DNA of 38,000 nt from a virus, in the IMG/VR virus record IMGVR_UViG_3300045988_173701, positions 1 to 38,000 of that record. One strand, 5' to 3'. This document shows positions 1 to 8,606 of this stretch, in pieces. Every line of letters starts with the position of its first letter. Within the stretch, counting starts at the first letter, position 1. The notes beneath the pieces were generated by a model. The model saw nothing but the letters and a program-made list of their open reading frames with translations. It ran no database searches and was not told the origin of the DNA. The position numbers were made by a program, and so were the translations under genes.

Positions 1-23
1 TTTATACCATTGATTAAGTGAGA

Positions 24-37
24 GCATTCTATATCCC
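24..37 (-). repeat. Recombination site, core GCATTCTATATCCC (sfx-like); mirror of site S5
   Basis: Shared core GGGATATAGAATGC read on the minus strand. The 23-nt flank at 1-23 equals the flank at 1115-1137 in inverted orientation. Confidence 0.7.
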
Positions 38-578
38 AACCAATTAAAACTGAACAGATCGAAGAAGGCTGCACGCTTTACTACTATCCCGATAATACGG
101 TCGAGATCAGCGTTTACGACATGATCATGCGCAATGAAAATACATGGACACTGGGCACTCTCGATAAACCTCCACAACATAAAGCCTGTATGTCTCTCTG
201 TGCATCAGATGCAGACCATACAGGTGTTTTATGGGTTAACGATAGTGGTCAGGTAGTATGCAAGCACAACACTAGCGGCACATATCACTACAACGGCAAC
301 ATGCGTATTCCGCTTAGCTAGTTAATTGAGCTTCAAGCATAAAATAGATGCTTCGACTTCGGCGGTTATTTGAGCGCCACTTGTGTTTCTAACGTTAATT
401 TTTAATTGGCTATCAGCTAAACGGTATGAGCTGATAACGCATGCAGCATTTGCGCTTGCCACGCTTAAATACTGCAATGCGCATGCCGTATATCCTGGCG
501 GAATATCAAGATCAAAGGTAAATAAATTATTGCTTGTGCCATTCATCAAAACCGTTTGCTTTTCGGTCTGATAAAACT

Positions 579-592
579 GGGATATAGAATGC
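579..592 (+). repeat. Recombination site, core GGGATATAGAATGC; mirror of S4
   Basis: Exact core, sitting between cassette-bearing segments. Confidence 0.7.
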
Positions 593-839
593 TAAATTCG
601 CATATAAACAGCAGTTATTGTCCCTTCGACGGTGATTTGACCACTCATCAAATTAATTATTCGAGTGTATGTTAATCCAGAATTAGGACTGTGCATTGGA
701 GCACTGACACTAAAAGCAAGACTATCGGTAGACGTGCCGTCAAACATGCAAGATACGCAAGTATATCCTTCGATGTTTTCAAGAGTAACAAACACTTGTC
801 CATGTGATGCAATTGTTTCGTTTACGTTTACGATTTTAT

Positions 840-850
840 GGGATATAGAA
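840..850 (+). repeat. Degenerate recombination site GGGATATAGAAaac; mirror of S3
   Basis: 11 of 12 core positions match, and it lies exactly at a cassette boundary. Confidence 0.5.
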
Positions 851-1100
851 AACTAGATAAGCCCCAATCCATGAATGGATATTTTTTCGTTGTCAAAAGA
901 AGCATTAGCATTTGTTACATTTCTGATGCCTACATCGAACCCTGTGTTTGTAACGTTTCTTATTTCGACCTGAACGCGCGCATTAGTTACTTGTGCCCAA
1001 ACTCCCCAAAGATCTACAAATGGAACAGGCCACTCTCTGTTTGCTAGATTGTAAGCGCCATTTGCCTCGATAATTGTTTTATCGATAACGTATGTTTGAT

Positions 1101-1114
1101 GGGATATAGAATGC
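1101..1114 (+). repeat. Recombination site, core GGGATATAGAATGC with 23-nt extended flank (1115-1137); mirror of S2
   Basis: 1101-1137 is the perfect reverse complement of 1-37. Confidence 0.7.
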
Positions 1115-1383
1115 TCTCACTTAATCAATGGTATAAACCACAGTCAAATTAACCTTAATGGTCTGAGCTTGCGATGTAACAAGCTGCAAGTCGTTGTGTC
1201 CGTTATCGGTATTCCATAGAGCAGCAGCGTTTACGGAAGATACGGAACAGGCTGAAAGCGTAGGAATAAACGCAACAATAGAATCAGGATCAATGTCCTC
1301 AAAGCCACTAATACTAGTGACTGATTGCGATGCTGTGCTGGTTACATTAAAGCTGACGTTTCTCCTGGTGCGTACCTGAATAT

Positions 1384-1397
1384 GGGATATAGAATGC
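1384..1397 (+). repeat. Boundary recombination site next to the recombinase gene (core GGGATATAGAATGC)
   Basis: The terminal inverted identity ends after GGGATATAGAAT. The right flank GCCATCACTCAC is unique to the recombinase side. Confidence 0.7.
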
Positions 1398-1407
1398 CAT
1401 CACTCAC

Positions 1408-2337
1408 TCAATCACTCGTAATTGTCAGTGACGCTGTAAGTGATGCGTGAGTGATCTTTGGTGCGTGATCAAACAGGTAGTCTTGCCAGATGGATTGTGC
1501 GTGCTTGATTATCGATTTACGCGGTACGATATAGTGGTTGTAGGCGGTCATAATGTTGGAATGGCCAAGGAACATGGCAACCGTTTCTATCGCTATACCA
1601 GCTTCGACGGCGATCGTTGCCCATGAGTGTCTCATGTTGGTCATGGTAACAACGGGGAGTTTGTTCCGTTTGCAAAACGCCTTTATTCGACGCGAGATAT
1701 TTTGCGGGTTATCGGGGTTTAGATATCCCTTTGGTCTACCGATAGATACCCAGATAGCATGTAACCTGTCTTTCGCAAACTTTGGTAGGTAAAGCACGCG
1801 GTTTGATTTTCGCGTTTTGGTTGGCAATATCACGACTTCGCCGCGTACGTATTGACGGCTACGGCTTATAGATACTGCGCCATTTCGCCAGTTAATATCA
1901 TCCCAACGTATGCCGTAGCTCTCTCCTGGACGCAAAGCAAGAGTAGTGCTGACTATTACGGTCGGTTCGTCTTTATGTCCGAAAAAGCCACGAAGTCGCT
2001 TAGCGGTTTCATTTGCTGTTATGGTCTTGGGGCGGTAGATAGGTTTACTAGGTAACTCGATCCCTTGCGTTGGGTTCCAAATTCGCAGGCGATATTTTCT
2101 GATTGCCCAGTTAAACAATTGGCGCAGGCATTTAAACGCCTTTTCTGCTGCACCCGCTTTGGTAAAGCCGTCCACCCATGCCTGGATTGTTTCAGGTTCG
2201 ATTGCTTCTATTTCGCAATTCCCGAACGTAGGGAGTATGTACAAGTTAATCGATGATCTATAGCCGTCGACGGTGGAAGCGCGGCGGCGCTGTTTTTTTT
2301 CTTCGAGATAAGCGACTGATATTTCGTTGATGTTCAT
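1408..2337 (-). CDS. Small tyrosine site-specific recombinase, candidate shufflon invertase (Rci-like role)
   Basis: 309 aa. C-terminal catalytic region has MRHSWAT (HxxR) and LGHSNIMTAYNHYI (catalytic Tyr). It lies directly beside the multi-site cassette array. Confidence 0.8.
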   Translation of the reverse strand: MNINEISVAYLEEKKQRRRASTVDGYRSSINLYILPTFGNCEIEAIEPETIQAWVDGFTKAGAAEKAFKCLRQLFNWAIRKYRLRIWNPTQGIELPSKPIYRPKTITANETAKRLRGFFGHKDEPTVIVSTTLALRPGESYGIRWDDINWRNGAVSISRSRQYVRGEVVILPTKTRKSNRVLYLPKFAKDRLHAIWVSIGRPKGYLNPDNPQNISRRIKAFCKRNKLPVVTMTNMRHSWATIAVEAGIAIETVAMFLGHSNIMTAYNHYIVPRKSIIKHAQSIWQDYLFDHAPKITHASLTASLTITSD

Positions 2338-2350
2338 GATTTTCCTTTCT

Positions 2351-2405
2351 AAAATCCCAAGTCATTTGTACCTATTTTTTCGGATTTATAGCTTGGGATT
2401 TTTTA
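2351..2405 (+). promoter_or_regulatory. 11-bp perfect inverted repeat (AAAATCCCAAG ... CTTGGGATTTT) followed by a T-run, in the recombinase/holin intergenic region
   Basis: Stem halves at 2351-2361 and 2389-2399 with a 27-nt loop, then TTTTTTATTG. Could be a plus-strand terminator or a structure in the recombinase 5' UTR. Confidence 0.45.
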
Positions 2406-2427
2406 TTGCTTGAAAGGGGGTGATGCT

Positions 2428-2754
2428 ATGGCTGATTTTCCCATTACTACCTTAATTGGATGGTTTTTTGCTCCACTTTGTTCTGGGCTTGTTGGCTACA
2501 TGTTGGCGGTGCTTAATTCGATGCGAAAACGTAATGCTGTTCATGATGAAGCAATGGAGCAGGGTATGCGCGCACTTTTGCGACAGCAGTTAATCGATTA
2601 TCACGCAGAATATGTTGCTTCTGGCGGTCCTTGCCCTATTCGGATCAAAGAGCAAGCGACAAGTGTGTATAACGCCTATCACGCACTAGGTGGTAATGGA
2701 ACAGGTACGCAACTTTATCAAGAAATCCTAGAACAACATGTAAAGGAGGATTAA
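2428..2754 (+). CDS. Small membrane protein of the lysis cassette (holin-like?)
   Basis: ATG at 2428 with RBS AAAGGGGGTGAT. One hydrophobic helix followed by a hydrophilic tail. Immediately upstream of the holin and endolysin. Confidence 0.4.
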   Translation: MADFPITTLIGWFFAPLCSGLVGYMLAVLNSMRKRNAVHDEAMEQGMRALLRQQLIDYHAEYVASGGPCPIRIKEQATSVYNAYHALGGNGTGTQLYQEILEQHVKED

Positions 2755-3006
2755 ATGGAAGAAGATTATAAGCCGCCTAAATGGCTAATTCCTGACAAGG
2801 CATATGACGTATTGAAATGGGTCGGACTGATTGTATGTCCGGCTCTTTCTTTTTTCATGCTTTCGTTAGGACAGACGTGGGGTATTCCATATGCACCAGA
2901 GCTTGCAATGTCGATTAGTGCGGCTGGTACGGCAATTGGTGCTCTGATTGGTGTATCTGCTATTAAGGGAGGTGGAGCCGATGATCAAAACACTAAAACA
3001 GACTAA
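2755..3006 (+). CDS. Holin (two predicted transmembrane helices)
   Basis: 83 aa with two hydrophobic stretches. Overlaps the endolysin start. Confidence 0.5.
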   Translation: MEEDYKPPKWLIPDKAYDVLKWVGLIVCPALSFFMLSLGQTWGIPYAPELAMSISAAGTAIGALIGVSAIKGGGADDQNTKTD

Positions 3007-4138
3007 AGCGGTGACGAAGCTCGTTGCTGTTACCGCTGCTATCGGTATTGCCACGGCAGCTATGGCATACGCTCCAACTGATAGCATCGTTGGTCCCGAT
3101 GATGCGATGGCCTACACGCAATATGAGCAGATCATTAGCAATGGTCACGGGTCTATTAACCCGTCTTACTTAGTTATCCATGAGACCGCAGACCCAGGCG
3201 CTACGGCAGATAACCTTATGGCTTATTGGCGCAACAATCCTAATGCTTACGTTGTGCACTACACCATGGATCTCGATGGTGATACGGTCTATCATGCAAT
3301 GGCTGACAATCGCAAGGCTTGGCACGTAGGTAACGGCAACGCATATACCGTTGGCATTGAGCTTTGTCATGCGACCAACAAAGCAGATTTTAATGAGCAA
3401 TGGGACGAGGCTGTAAAGTGGGCAGGAGATTACCTCAACGCTAAGGGATGGGGTATTGACCGCTTGCTTTGTCACAATGACTGCCGACTAAAATGGGGCG
3501 GAACTGACCACACAGATCCACTCGGTTACTTTGAGAGCTATGGTAAATCTTGGAGCCAGTTTAAGGCTGCTGTACAGGCTTATATGCGTACAGGTGAGGT
3601 ATCTGGCAGTGCTGGTAGCACTGTAGGTGGTTCTACTTCTAGTGGATCATCTGCAGGTCATAGCGGTACTGGATTTGGCGGTACTTATACGGTAATGGCA
3701 TCTAGCCTCAATATCCGCACCGCACCTAGCACTTCTGCTGGTATTGTCGGTAGCTACTCTCGTGGTGGCAAGGTAGTTCTGGACGATTGGTATAAGATCG
3801 CTGACGGCTATGTTTGGGGCAAATACACTGCTTACAGTGGCAATGTGCGATATGTTGCCGTAGGTAAGCCGACTGGCGGATATGATCCTTCTGATTATCT
3901 GGTCAAGGGCGGTAATGCTACTAGCTCCACTAGCGGTGCAAAGTCTGGTGGCTGGTATACGGTAGATGTCAACACTGCGCTCAACGTGCGCACTGGCCCC
4001 AGTACCAACTACCGCATTACAGGGCAGTTGCACGACGGTTATAAGCTGTATGTGCAATCCGTATCTAACGGTTGGGCTAAGTATCAAGCTTACACTGGTG
4101 CTCGCTATGTAAGCGCACAGTATTTAGATGCGGCGTAA
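2981..4138 (+). CDS. Endolysin: N-acetylmuramoyl-L-alanine amidase (Amidase_2/PGRP-like) with two C-terminal SH3b-like repeats
   Basis: ATG at 2981 after GGAGGTGGAG. HETADPG and the H/C active-site pattern are present. A Gly/Ser linker is followed by two repeated YTV-NVRTxPSTxxxIxG modules. Confidence 0.8.
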   Translation: MIKTLKQTKAVTKLVAVTAAIGIATAAMAYAPTDSIVGPDDAMAYTQYEQIISNGHGSINPSYLVIHETADPGATADNLMAYWRNNPNAYVVHYTMDLDGDTVYHAMADNRKAWHVGNGNAYTVGIELCHATNKADFNEQWDEAVKWAGDYLNAKGWGIDRLLCHNDCRLKWGGTDHTDPLGYFESYGKSWSQFKAAVQAYMRTGEVSGSAGSTVGGSTSSGSSAGHSGTGFGGTYTVMASSLNIRTAPSTSAGIVGSYSRGGKVVLDDWYKIADGYVWGKYTAYSGNVRYVAVGKPTGGYDPSDYLVKGGNATSSTSGAKSGGWYTVDVNTALNVRTGPSTNYRITGQLHDGYKLYVQSVSNGWAKYQAYTGARYVSAQYLDAA

Positions 4139-4179
4139 AATAAAATCCATAGTTAATCAGATTCGTTTATTAACTTAAA

Positions 4180-4210
4180 GGGAGCCTAGTTTGGCTCCCT
4201 AGCTTTTTTG
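4180..4210 (+). terminator. Rho-independent terminator after the endolysin (GGGAGCC-loop-GGCTCCC then T6)
   Basis: 7-bp GC stem plus TAGCTTTTTTG. Confidence 0.6.
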
Positions 4211-4482
4211 TCTGGATGGTAATCTTGCGGATCTCTCGGTTTCCAACTCAAATCATCACGTAGAAATTGAATTTGTTTTATTAGGACATATACACCTAAT
4301 ATAAAAAACAAAGCAAAAACTACTATCCAAAGTAATTCATTTGATAAGATCGCAATTATTGTAGCTGTGAGTGAAAGTAAAAGCTCAGGGATCAGTAGTC
4401 CAATCGCTATTCTTCTATTGCGGATCTTTCTCTTTTGTATTTTTCTCATTGCTTTTAGCCTGTCTTCTGACCAATAGCCCAT
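4186..4482 (-). CDS. Small membrane protein
   Basis: 98 aa with two hydrophobic helices. Minus strand, between the lysis cassette and attP. Confidence 0.4.
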   Translation of the reverse strand: MGYWSEDRLKAMRKIQKRKIRNRRIAIGLLIPELLLSLTATIIAILSNELLWIVVFALFFILGVYVLIKQIQFLRDDLSWKPRDPQDYHPDKKAREPN

Positions 4483-4607
4483 TGTCTATCCTTTCGATCC
4501 TGTGACCATAGTGTCACGAATGGTCACAGTGAAATATCAATAGGTTTAAATCAAGTACAAACAAACGCTGGTATTTATATTCATTTATATATAATATACG
4601 TATGAAC

Positions 4608-4657
4608 GCCCCCTTCTAATCCAAAGGTCGTAGGTTCGAATCCTACTGGGCGCGCCA
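4608..4657 (+). other. Partial tRNA 3' end (T-arm GTAGG-TTCGAAT-CCTAC, acceptor 3' strand, encoded CCA); candidate attP core
   Basis: Canonical T-stem/loop and acceptor 3' strand, but no matching 5' acceptor strand upstream. Lies between the lysis module and the integrase. Confidence 0.65.
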
Positions 4658-4667
4658 GCTTTTTCTA

Positions 4668-4703
4668 CTCTCACCTTGTATTTCAAAGGTGAGAGTTTTT
4701 TAT
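4668..4703 (+). terminator. Rho-independent terminator (TCTCACCTT-loop-AAGGTGAGA then T6)
   Basis: 9-bp stem plus TTTTTTATTT. Confidence 0.6.
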
Positions 4704-4705
4704 TT

Positions 4706-5863
4706 CTAGCTACTCGTGACATTTTCGGTCTCATCTCGGTCACAATAAAACGCCTTATCAAGTATAGCCTTGAAATGCTTGACCTTTGGTTTTGTGTAAT
4801 AGGCATAGGTTGTAGATATATTTGAGTGTCCCAATAGCTTTGCAGCAGTTTCAATAGGAACTCCCAAATCTTCAAGCATGGTGCTATAGCTCGCTCTTAG
4901 GTTCTTCCATGGTATATATACGAATGGATGGTTGGTAAACCATCGTTTGTAGGCAGTTGCCGCCCTGTCGGGGTTTATTGGAGCGCCAAAGCCATCATCA
5001 AGCATCCAAATATCGTTTTCTCTTTCAGCTTCATCTAGGATGCTTTTAAGGCGTTTAGCGTAAGGATCTACCAAAACTGCGATTCGTTTGCTTTCGGGTG
5101 TTTTAGTATCGGGTGATTCTGCGCATTCGTCCGATATCACTAATTCTTTATTTATATATTGCACGGTTCTTCTGATCTTTAACGTTGCATATCCTTCAAA
5201 GAATTCGATATCTTCTCTTTTTAATCCAAATGCTTCTTCTCTTCTAAGACCACCAAACGCTGAAACAATAAAACCAGCGAGCCAATATTCATCTGTCATT
5301 TCTTCTAATAATTCATCTAATGTTTCCTTGTCGTATATTTCGCTATTCATGCGCCGTGAGGTGTTTTTGTTTGGCAGTTTATAACGGCGTGCCATCACAT
5401 TGCGATGTATGTATTCGCCATCTTCTGCGTAGTTAAACATCGCTCTCATCGTTTTTAATAAGCTTTTAGCGGATCCATAGGTAAGTTCTTCAAGATAGCT
5501 TTTAACCTCGGCTACTTGGATATTTTCCATTTCTTTTTTGCCGAATTGGGGACTGATGTGGCATCTATATACGCTTTCATAGCCTCTTACGGTTGCAGGT
5601 GCCTGATTCTTTTTTATATAGGGGTAGTAATAGCGGATCCAAAACTGATCAACGCTTATATTTCGTTTAATTTGATCTGACGGAGCGTTCAGAATCCTTA
5701 ATTCTGCAAGCCTTAGTTCAGCATCTTTTTTTGTGCCATGTATGGTTTCAGATGCTTGACGGCGCTTGCCCGTAATTGGATCGTCGGAGAGGGGATACCT
5801 AATGCGGTATACACCGTTTTTTGTTTTAGATATGGTTCCCCATGTTCGAGTTCTTTTAGCCAT
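4706..5863 (-). CDS. int: Phage integrase (tyrosine recombinase)
   Basis: 385 aa. C-terminal LLGHSNISTTYAYY motif. Adjacent to the tRNA-derived att core. Confidence 0.9.
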   Translation of the reverse strand: MAKRTRTWGTISKTKNGVYRIRYPLSDDPITGKRRQASETIHGTKKDAELRLAELRILNAPSDQIKRNISVDQFWIRYYYPYIKKNQAPATVRGYESVYRCHISPQFGKKEMENIQVAEVKSYLEELTYGSAKSLLKTMRAMFNYAEDGEYIHRNVMARRYKLPNKNTSRRMNSEIYDKETLDELLEEMTDEYWLAGFIVSAFGGLRREEAFGLKREDIEFFEGYATLKIRRTVQYINKELVISDECAESPDTKTPESKRIAVLVDPYAKRLKSILDEAERENDIWMLDDGFGAPINPDRAATAYKRWFTNHPFVYIPWKNLRASYSTMLEDLGVPIETAAKLLGHSNISTTYAYYTKPKVKHFKAILDKAFYCDRDETENVTSS

Positions 5864-5910
5864 GCTAAAATCAACCTACCTTCCGTTTGTTCGGGGGTAT
5901 TATCTGGAAC

Positions 5911-5952
5911 CTCGCTTCTCGGTCGCCAAACTTCGAGCGAGGTTCTTTTTTA
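5911..5952 (+). repeat. 42-bp direct repeat, copy 1 (hairpin plus T-run; overlaps the Abi_2 stop codon)
   Basis: CTCGCTTCTCGGTCGCCAAACTTCGAGCGAGGTTCTTTTTTA, identical to 7211-7252. Confidence 0.9.
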
Positions 5953-7074
5953 ATTGCTTATATTCGTTTTTCTTCCTCTACTATCAACTGCGGTTATACT
6001 AGTGTGCTTTATACCCAGTTTCTTAATTAGGTAATTTCTTAATCTGCCATTATGCACGACTCGATGTACTTTTATTCCTAGTACCGATTCTTGCAATAGC
6101 AAATCACTCCAATTAGGAGGTATATTTGCAATATTTAAAATGTCTGAAAATTCGCTTAATAGGTTAGTTGCGTCTCGCAACAACAGCGCACCATAAGACA
6201 AGCTGGTATCTTCCGCAAAAAGCCTATTGGTATTCAGTAGCTTCAGTAAGACGAGGATGATATAAAAAGGATTTCCGTTATCTCCTTCAGCTCCATGTAT
6301 TCTTTTTGGACGAGAAACGAGCTTTTTTCCGCAAATTTGCCCAAAGTGCGCACATGTATTTCTAATACCAGAAATAGATCTTGCCCAGCTTGTAAGTTCT
6401 TCTTGGGTAACTCCAAATGATTCAGCTACACCGTTTCTGACAGATTTGCTTCTTGTGTTGCTGTATAACATCGAAAGCGTTCCAAAAGACATAAGCTCTA
6501 CGGCTAACCAGGTCGGAGCGTCTCCGTATTTTTCGTAAGCTTCAATAACGTTAATGTTTCTATTTTTTATTTGGCGCTTGAATTCTCTTTGATAAGTTTG
6601 CAGGAAATTTTTGAAAAAGTCCTTTTTCTTAAAGTTTTTAGGATCTCTATGGGCGAAAGCTCCTCGTTGCATTGACAGGCGATATGAGTATTGGGCGCGG
6701 AACTGCAATTCGAATAATCCGATATATTCCATAAACAAGGCTTGCAGTTTGCGATCAAATAGGATAATTCGATGCAATGTTTTCATGGATGCACCTGACA
6801 TCATCTTTCCGTTTTCGTCTGAGAAAAGCCGAAAGTATCCACTTGCATGTTGATAGCTTATTCTGTTTAGTATGTATTCTGCCTGATCAGTAGATCCATC
6901 TATAAATCCTCTTTTTACTGCATGCTCTCTCAATTCGCTTAATTTGAGAGGTGAAGGTGGATCTGATAGGGGAGTGAATTCTGTCGTAAAATGAACGACC
7001 GAAGGATTTACGCCAACGTTTCCGCGACTACCTTCGGTTCTGTCAGCGCTAATTGTATCACAGTCGTTATACAT
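5950..7074 (-). CDS. Abortive-infection protein, Abi_2 (AbiD/AbiF-like) family
   Basis: 374 aa. ISYQHASGYFRLF and LFDRKLQALFMEYIGLFELQFRAQYSY match my memory of the Abi_2 YYRL/FDRKLR pattern. Confidence 0.65.
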   Translation of the reverse strand: MYNDCDTISADRTEGSRGNVGVNPSVVHFTTEFTPLSDPPSPLKLSELREHAVKRGFIDGSTDQAEYILNRISYQHASGYFRLFSDENGKMMSGASMKTLHRIILFDRKLQALFMEYIGLFELQFRAQYSYRLSMQRGAFAHRDPKNFKKKDFFKNFLQTYQREFKRQIKNRNINVIEAYEKYGDAPTWLAVELMSFGTLSMLYSNTRSKSVRNGVAESFGVTQEELTSWARSISGIRNTCAHFGQICGKKLVSRPKRIHGAEGDNGNPFYIILVLLKLLNTNRLFAEDTSLSYGALLLRDATNLLSEFSDILNIANIPPNWSDLLLQESVLGIKVHRVVHNGRLRNYLIKKLGIKHTSITAVDSRGRKTNISN

Positions 7075-7210
7075 TTTTTCTCCTAAAATCAGAAAGCCAC
7101 TAGCCGTAAACGACTAGCGACCTTCCTTTGTCAAAGGCTCTCGTAGATCACCAATGACTGATTCACTGTCGTTTAGTTTATATTTCACAATGAAATATTT
7201 CAATAATTCA

Positions 7211-7252
7211 CTCGCTTCTCGGTCGCCAAACTTCGAGCGAGGTTCTTTTTTA
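7211..7252 (+). repeat. 42-bp direct repeat, copy 2 (overlaps the GHKL gene stop codon)
   Basis: Identical to 5911-5952. Confidence 0.9.
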
Positions 7253-8545
7253 TTGACCAATATTAAAATGTCTTTTTAGTGCTTCATTAATCATCATTTC
7301 ATTTATCGGCGATACGTTTGTTATTGAAAAATAGGTCATGTATTTTACGAAACCGACTTCCTCTATCATTTTCCCTAACAGTTCGTCTGCATAAGAAGAA
7401 GTAACTATACTTGTGCTGTCGAAGTCGATTAGAATCTTTTTACCGCTCTGTTCGAATGCGTTTCTTATTACATTTCTTAGCCTGTTGGCAGCATATCTCG
7501 TTCCTGTCCCCTGAGATTCCTTTGCTATTTCGAACACAAGCGTATTTTCATTTAGTTCGTGGTCCTCTTCCCATAAGTCAGTTGGAATATATCCAAATAA
7601 AGCGTTTTCTACATTTATTTCTTTATCGACGGTGATTCTAAAATCAATAGTTGTTCCTCCGCTGATAGATGTTGCGATCTTTGAAATGACGGGTTCTGAA
7701 GATTCATTATCTTTAATATGGTCGAAAGTAACCCTTGTTTTGCCTGTAGAGATTTCCAATAATCCACAATTGTCTTTAATTAGCTGAGATAACATCCAAA
7801 GACCTCTGCCTGCTCCATTCCCAGAGGTAATATTTCTGGAAATTGCAAGTTGGATAGCTTCATCTTCATTTGCTGGAGAATATTTAGATCCTTCAAATGA
7901 TTTTAGGATTCCTTGGCCATTATCGTGAATAGTAAAAGCAACTGTTCTATTGTCTTGGTGGTATTGAGCCATTACGTATCCTACTGCATTTTCTACAGGC
8001 TCATTTGATGGTAGGGAATGGTTGATGACGTTATCCATTACTTCATTTAAGCAAAGCTCAATGCTAGGTAAAACACCTTTTACCAGCTTTGCATGCGTTC
8101 TTAAAGAATGAACTATTCCGCTTACAATTTTATCAATATCTTTCGAGGTGAATTTCCATACCCTGTCTAGGAATTCGCTTCTATAGATGTCTTCATTTCG
8201 GTATTCCTTTGGAGATATAAATGATGTATGTCCTAAATATGATCCTGCGAGATTCTGTGTCTTTAGAAAGACGCATCCTTTTTCTTTTGTGTAATAATCT
8301 AAGAGTGCGGAAACTGGTACACACATACTTGGATATGCTGAATCTGATTTTCCAATATTGCGAATCTTGAATATTTTTATACCGAGTTTAAGATTAGATT
8401 CTACGACTCTGGAAACGTGGTTAACCGATCCACGTTTTGCTATGTTGAGAGATATTATTTTATATCGGCTTGATTTGTCGTTTTCCGTCATAGTGTTCTT
8501 TTCTCTTGACTTGAAATAAAATCCTGTTATTATTCGTTGTGTCAC
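7250..8545 (-). CDS. GHKL-family ATPase (HATPase_c-like) with a possible STAS-like C-terminal region
   Basis: 431 aa. N-box LNEVMDNVINHS, G1 box HDNGQGI, G2 box SGNGAGRGLWM. Alternative start at Met-18 (8494). Confidence 0.6.
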   Translation of the reverse strand: MTQRIITGFYFKSREKNTMTENDKSSRYKIISLNIAKRGSVNHVSRVVESNLKLGIKIFKIRNIGKSDSAYPSMCVPVSALLDYYTKEKGCVFLKTQNLAGSYLGHTSFISPKEYRNEDIYRSEFLDRVWKFTSKDIDKIVSGIVHSLRTHAKLVKGVLPSIELCLNEVMDNVINHSLPSNEPVENAVGYVMAQYHQDNRTVAFTIHDNGQGILKSFEGSKYSPANEDEAIQLAISRNITSGNGAGRGLWMLSQLIKDNCGLLEISTGKTRVTFDHIKDNESSEPVISKIATSISGGTTIDFRITVDKEINVENALFGYIPTDLWEEDHELNENTLVFEIAKESQGTGTRYAANRLRNVIRNAFEQSGKKILIDFDSTSIVTSSYADELLGKMIEEVGFVKYMTYFSITNVSPINEMMINEALKRHFNIGQ

Positions 8546-8591
8546 CTCCGACGCCTCCTAACAGTGCGAAACACGGAGGTTTTCTTTTTTG
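8545..8591 (+). terminator. Hairpin (ACCTCCG ... CGGAGGT) followed by TTTTCTTTTTTG, plus-strand orientation
   Basis: 7-bp stem, 23-nt loop, T-run. Confidence 0.4.
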
Positions 8592-8606
8592 TGTTATGTA
8601 TCGCTC

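Larger units (their letters stand above)
1..1395. repeat. Inverted duplicate (reverse complement) of 36606-38000: the shufflon cassette set in the opposite orientation, with cassette E first on the + strand
   Basis: Every ORF in 121-1379 has an identical-protein partner on the opposite strand at 38001-x. The site flanks I checked are identical. Identity stops at 1395/1396, inside a recombination site. Confidence 0.9.

Noticed and set aside
4585-4875. 96-aa minus-strand ORF overlapping the tRNA fragment and the int 3' end
   Set aside because: It overlaps a clear tRNA T-arm/acceptor and a terminator hairpin. There is no RBS, so it is spurious.
5911-5952. The 42-bp repeat as a minus-strand intrinsic terminator for Abi_2 and GHKL
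   Set aside because: On the minus strand the hairpin is preceded, not followed, by the U-run. It is convincing as a terminator only in plus-strand orientation. It is reported as a shared cassette-end repeat instead.
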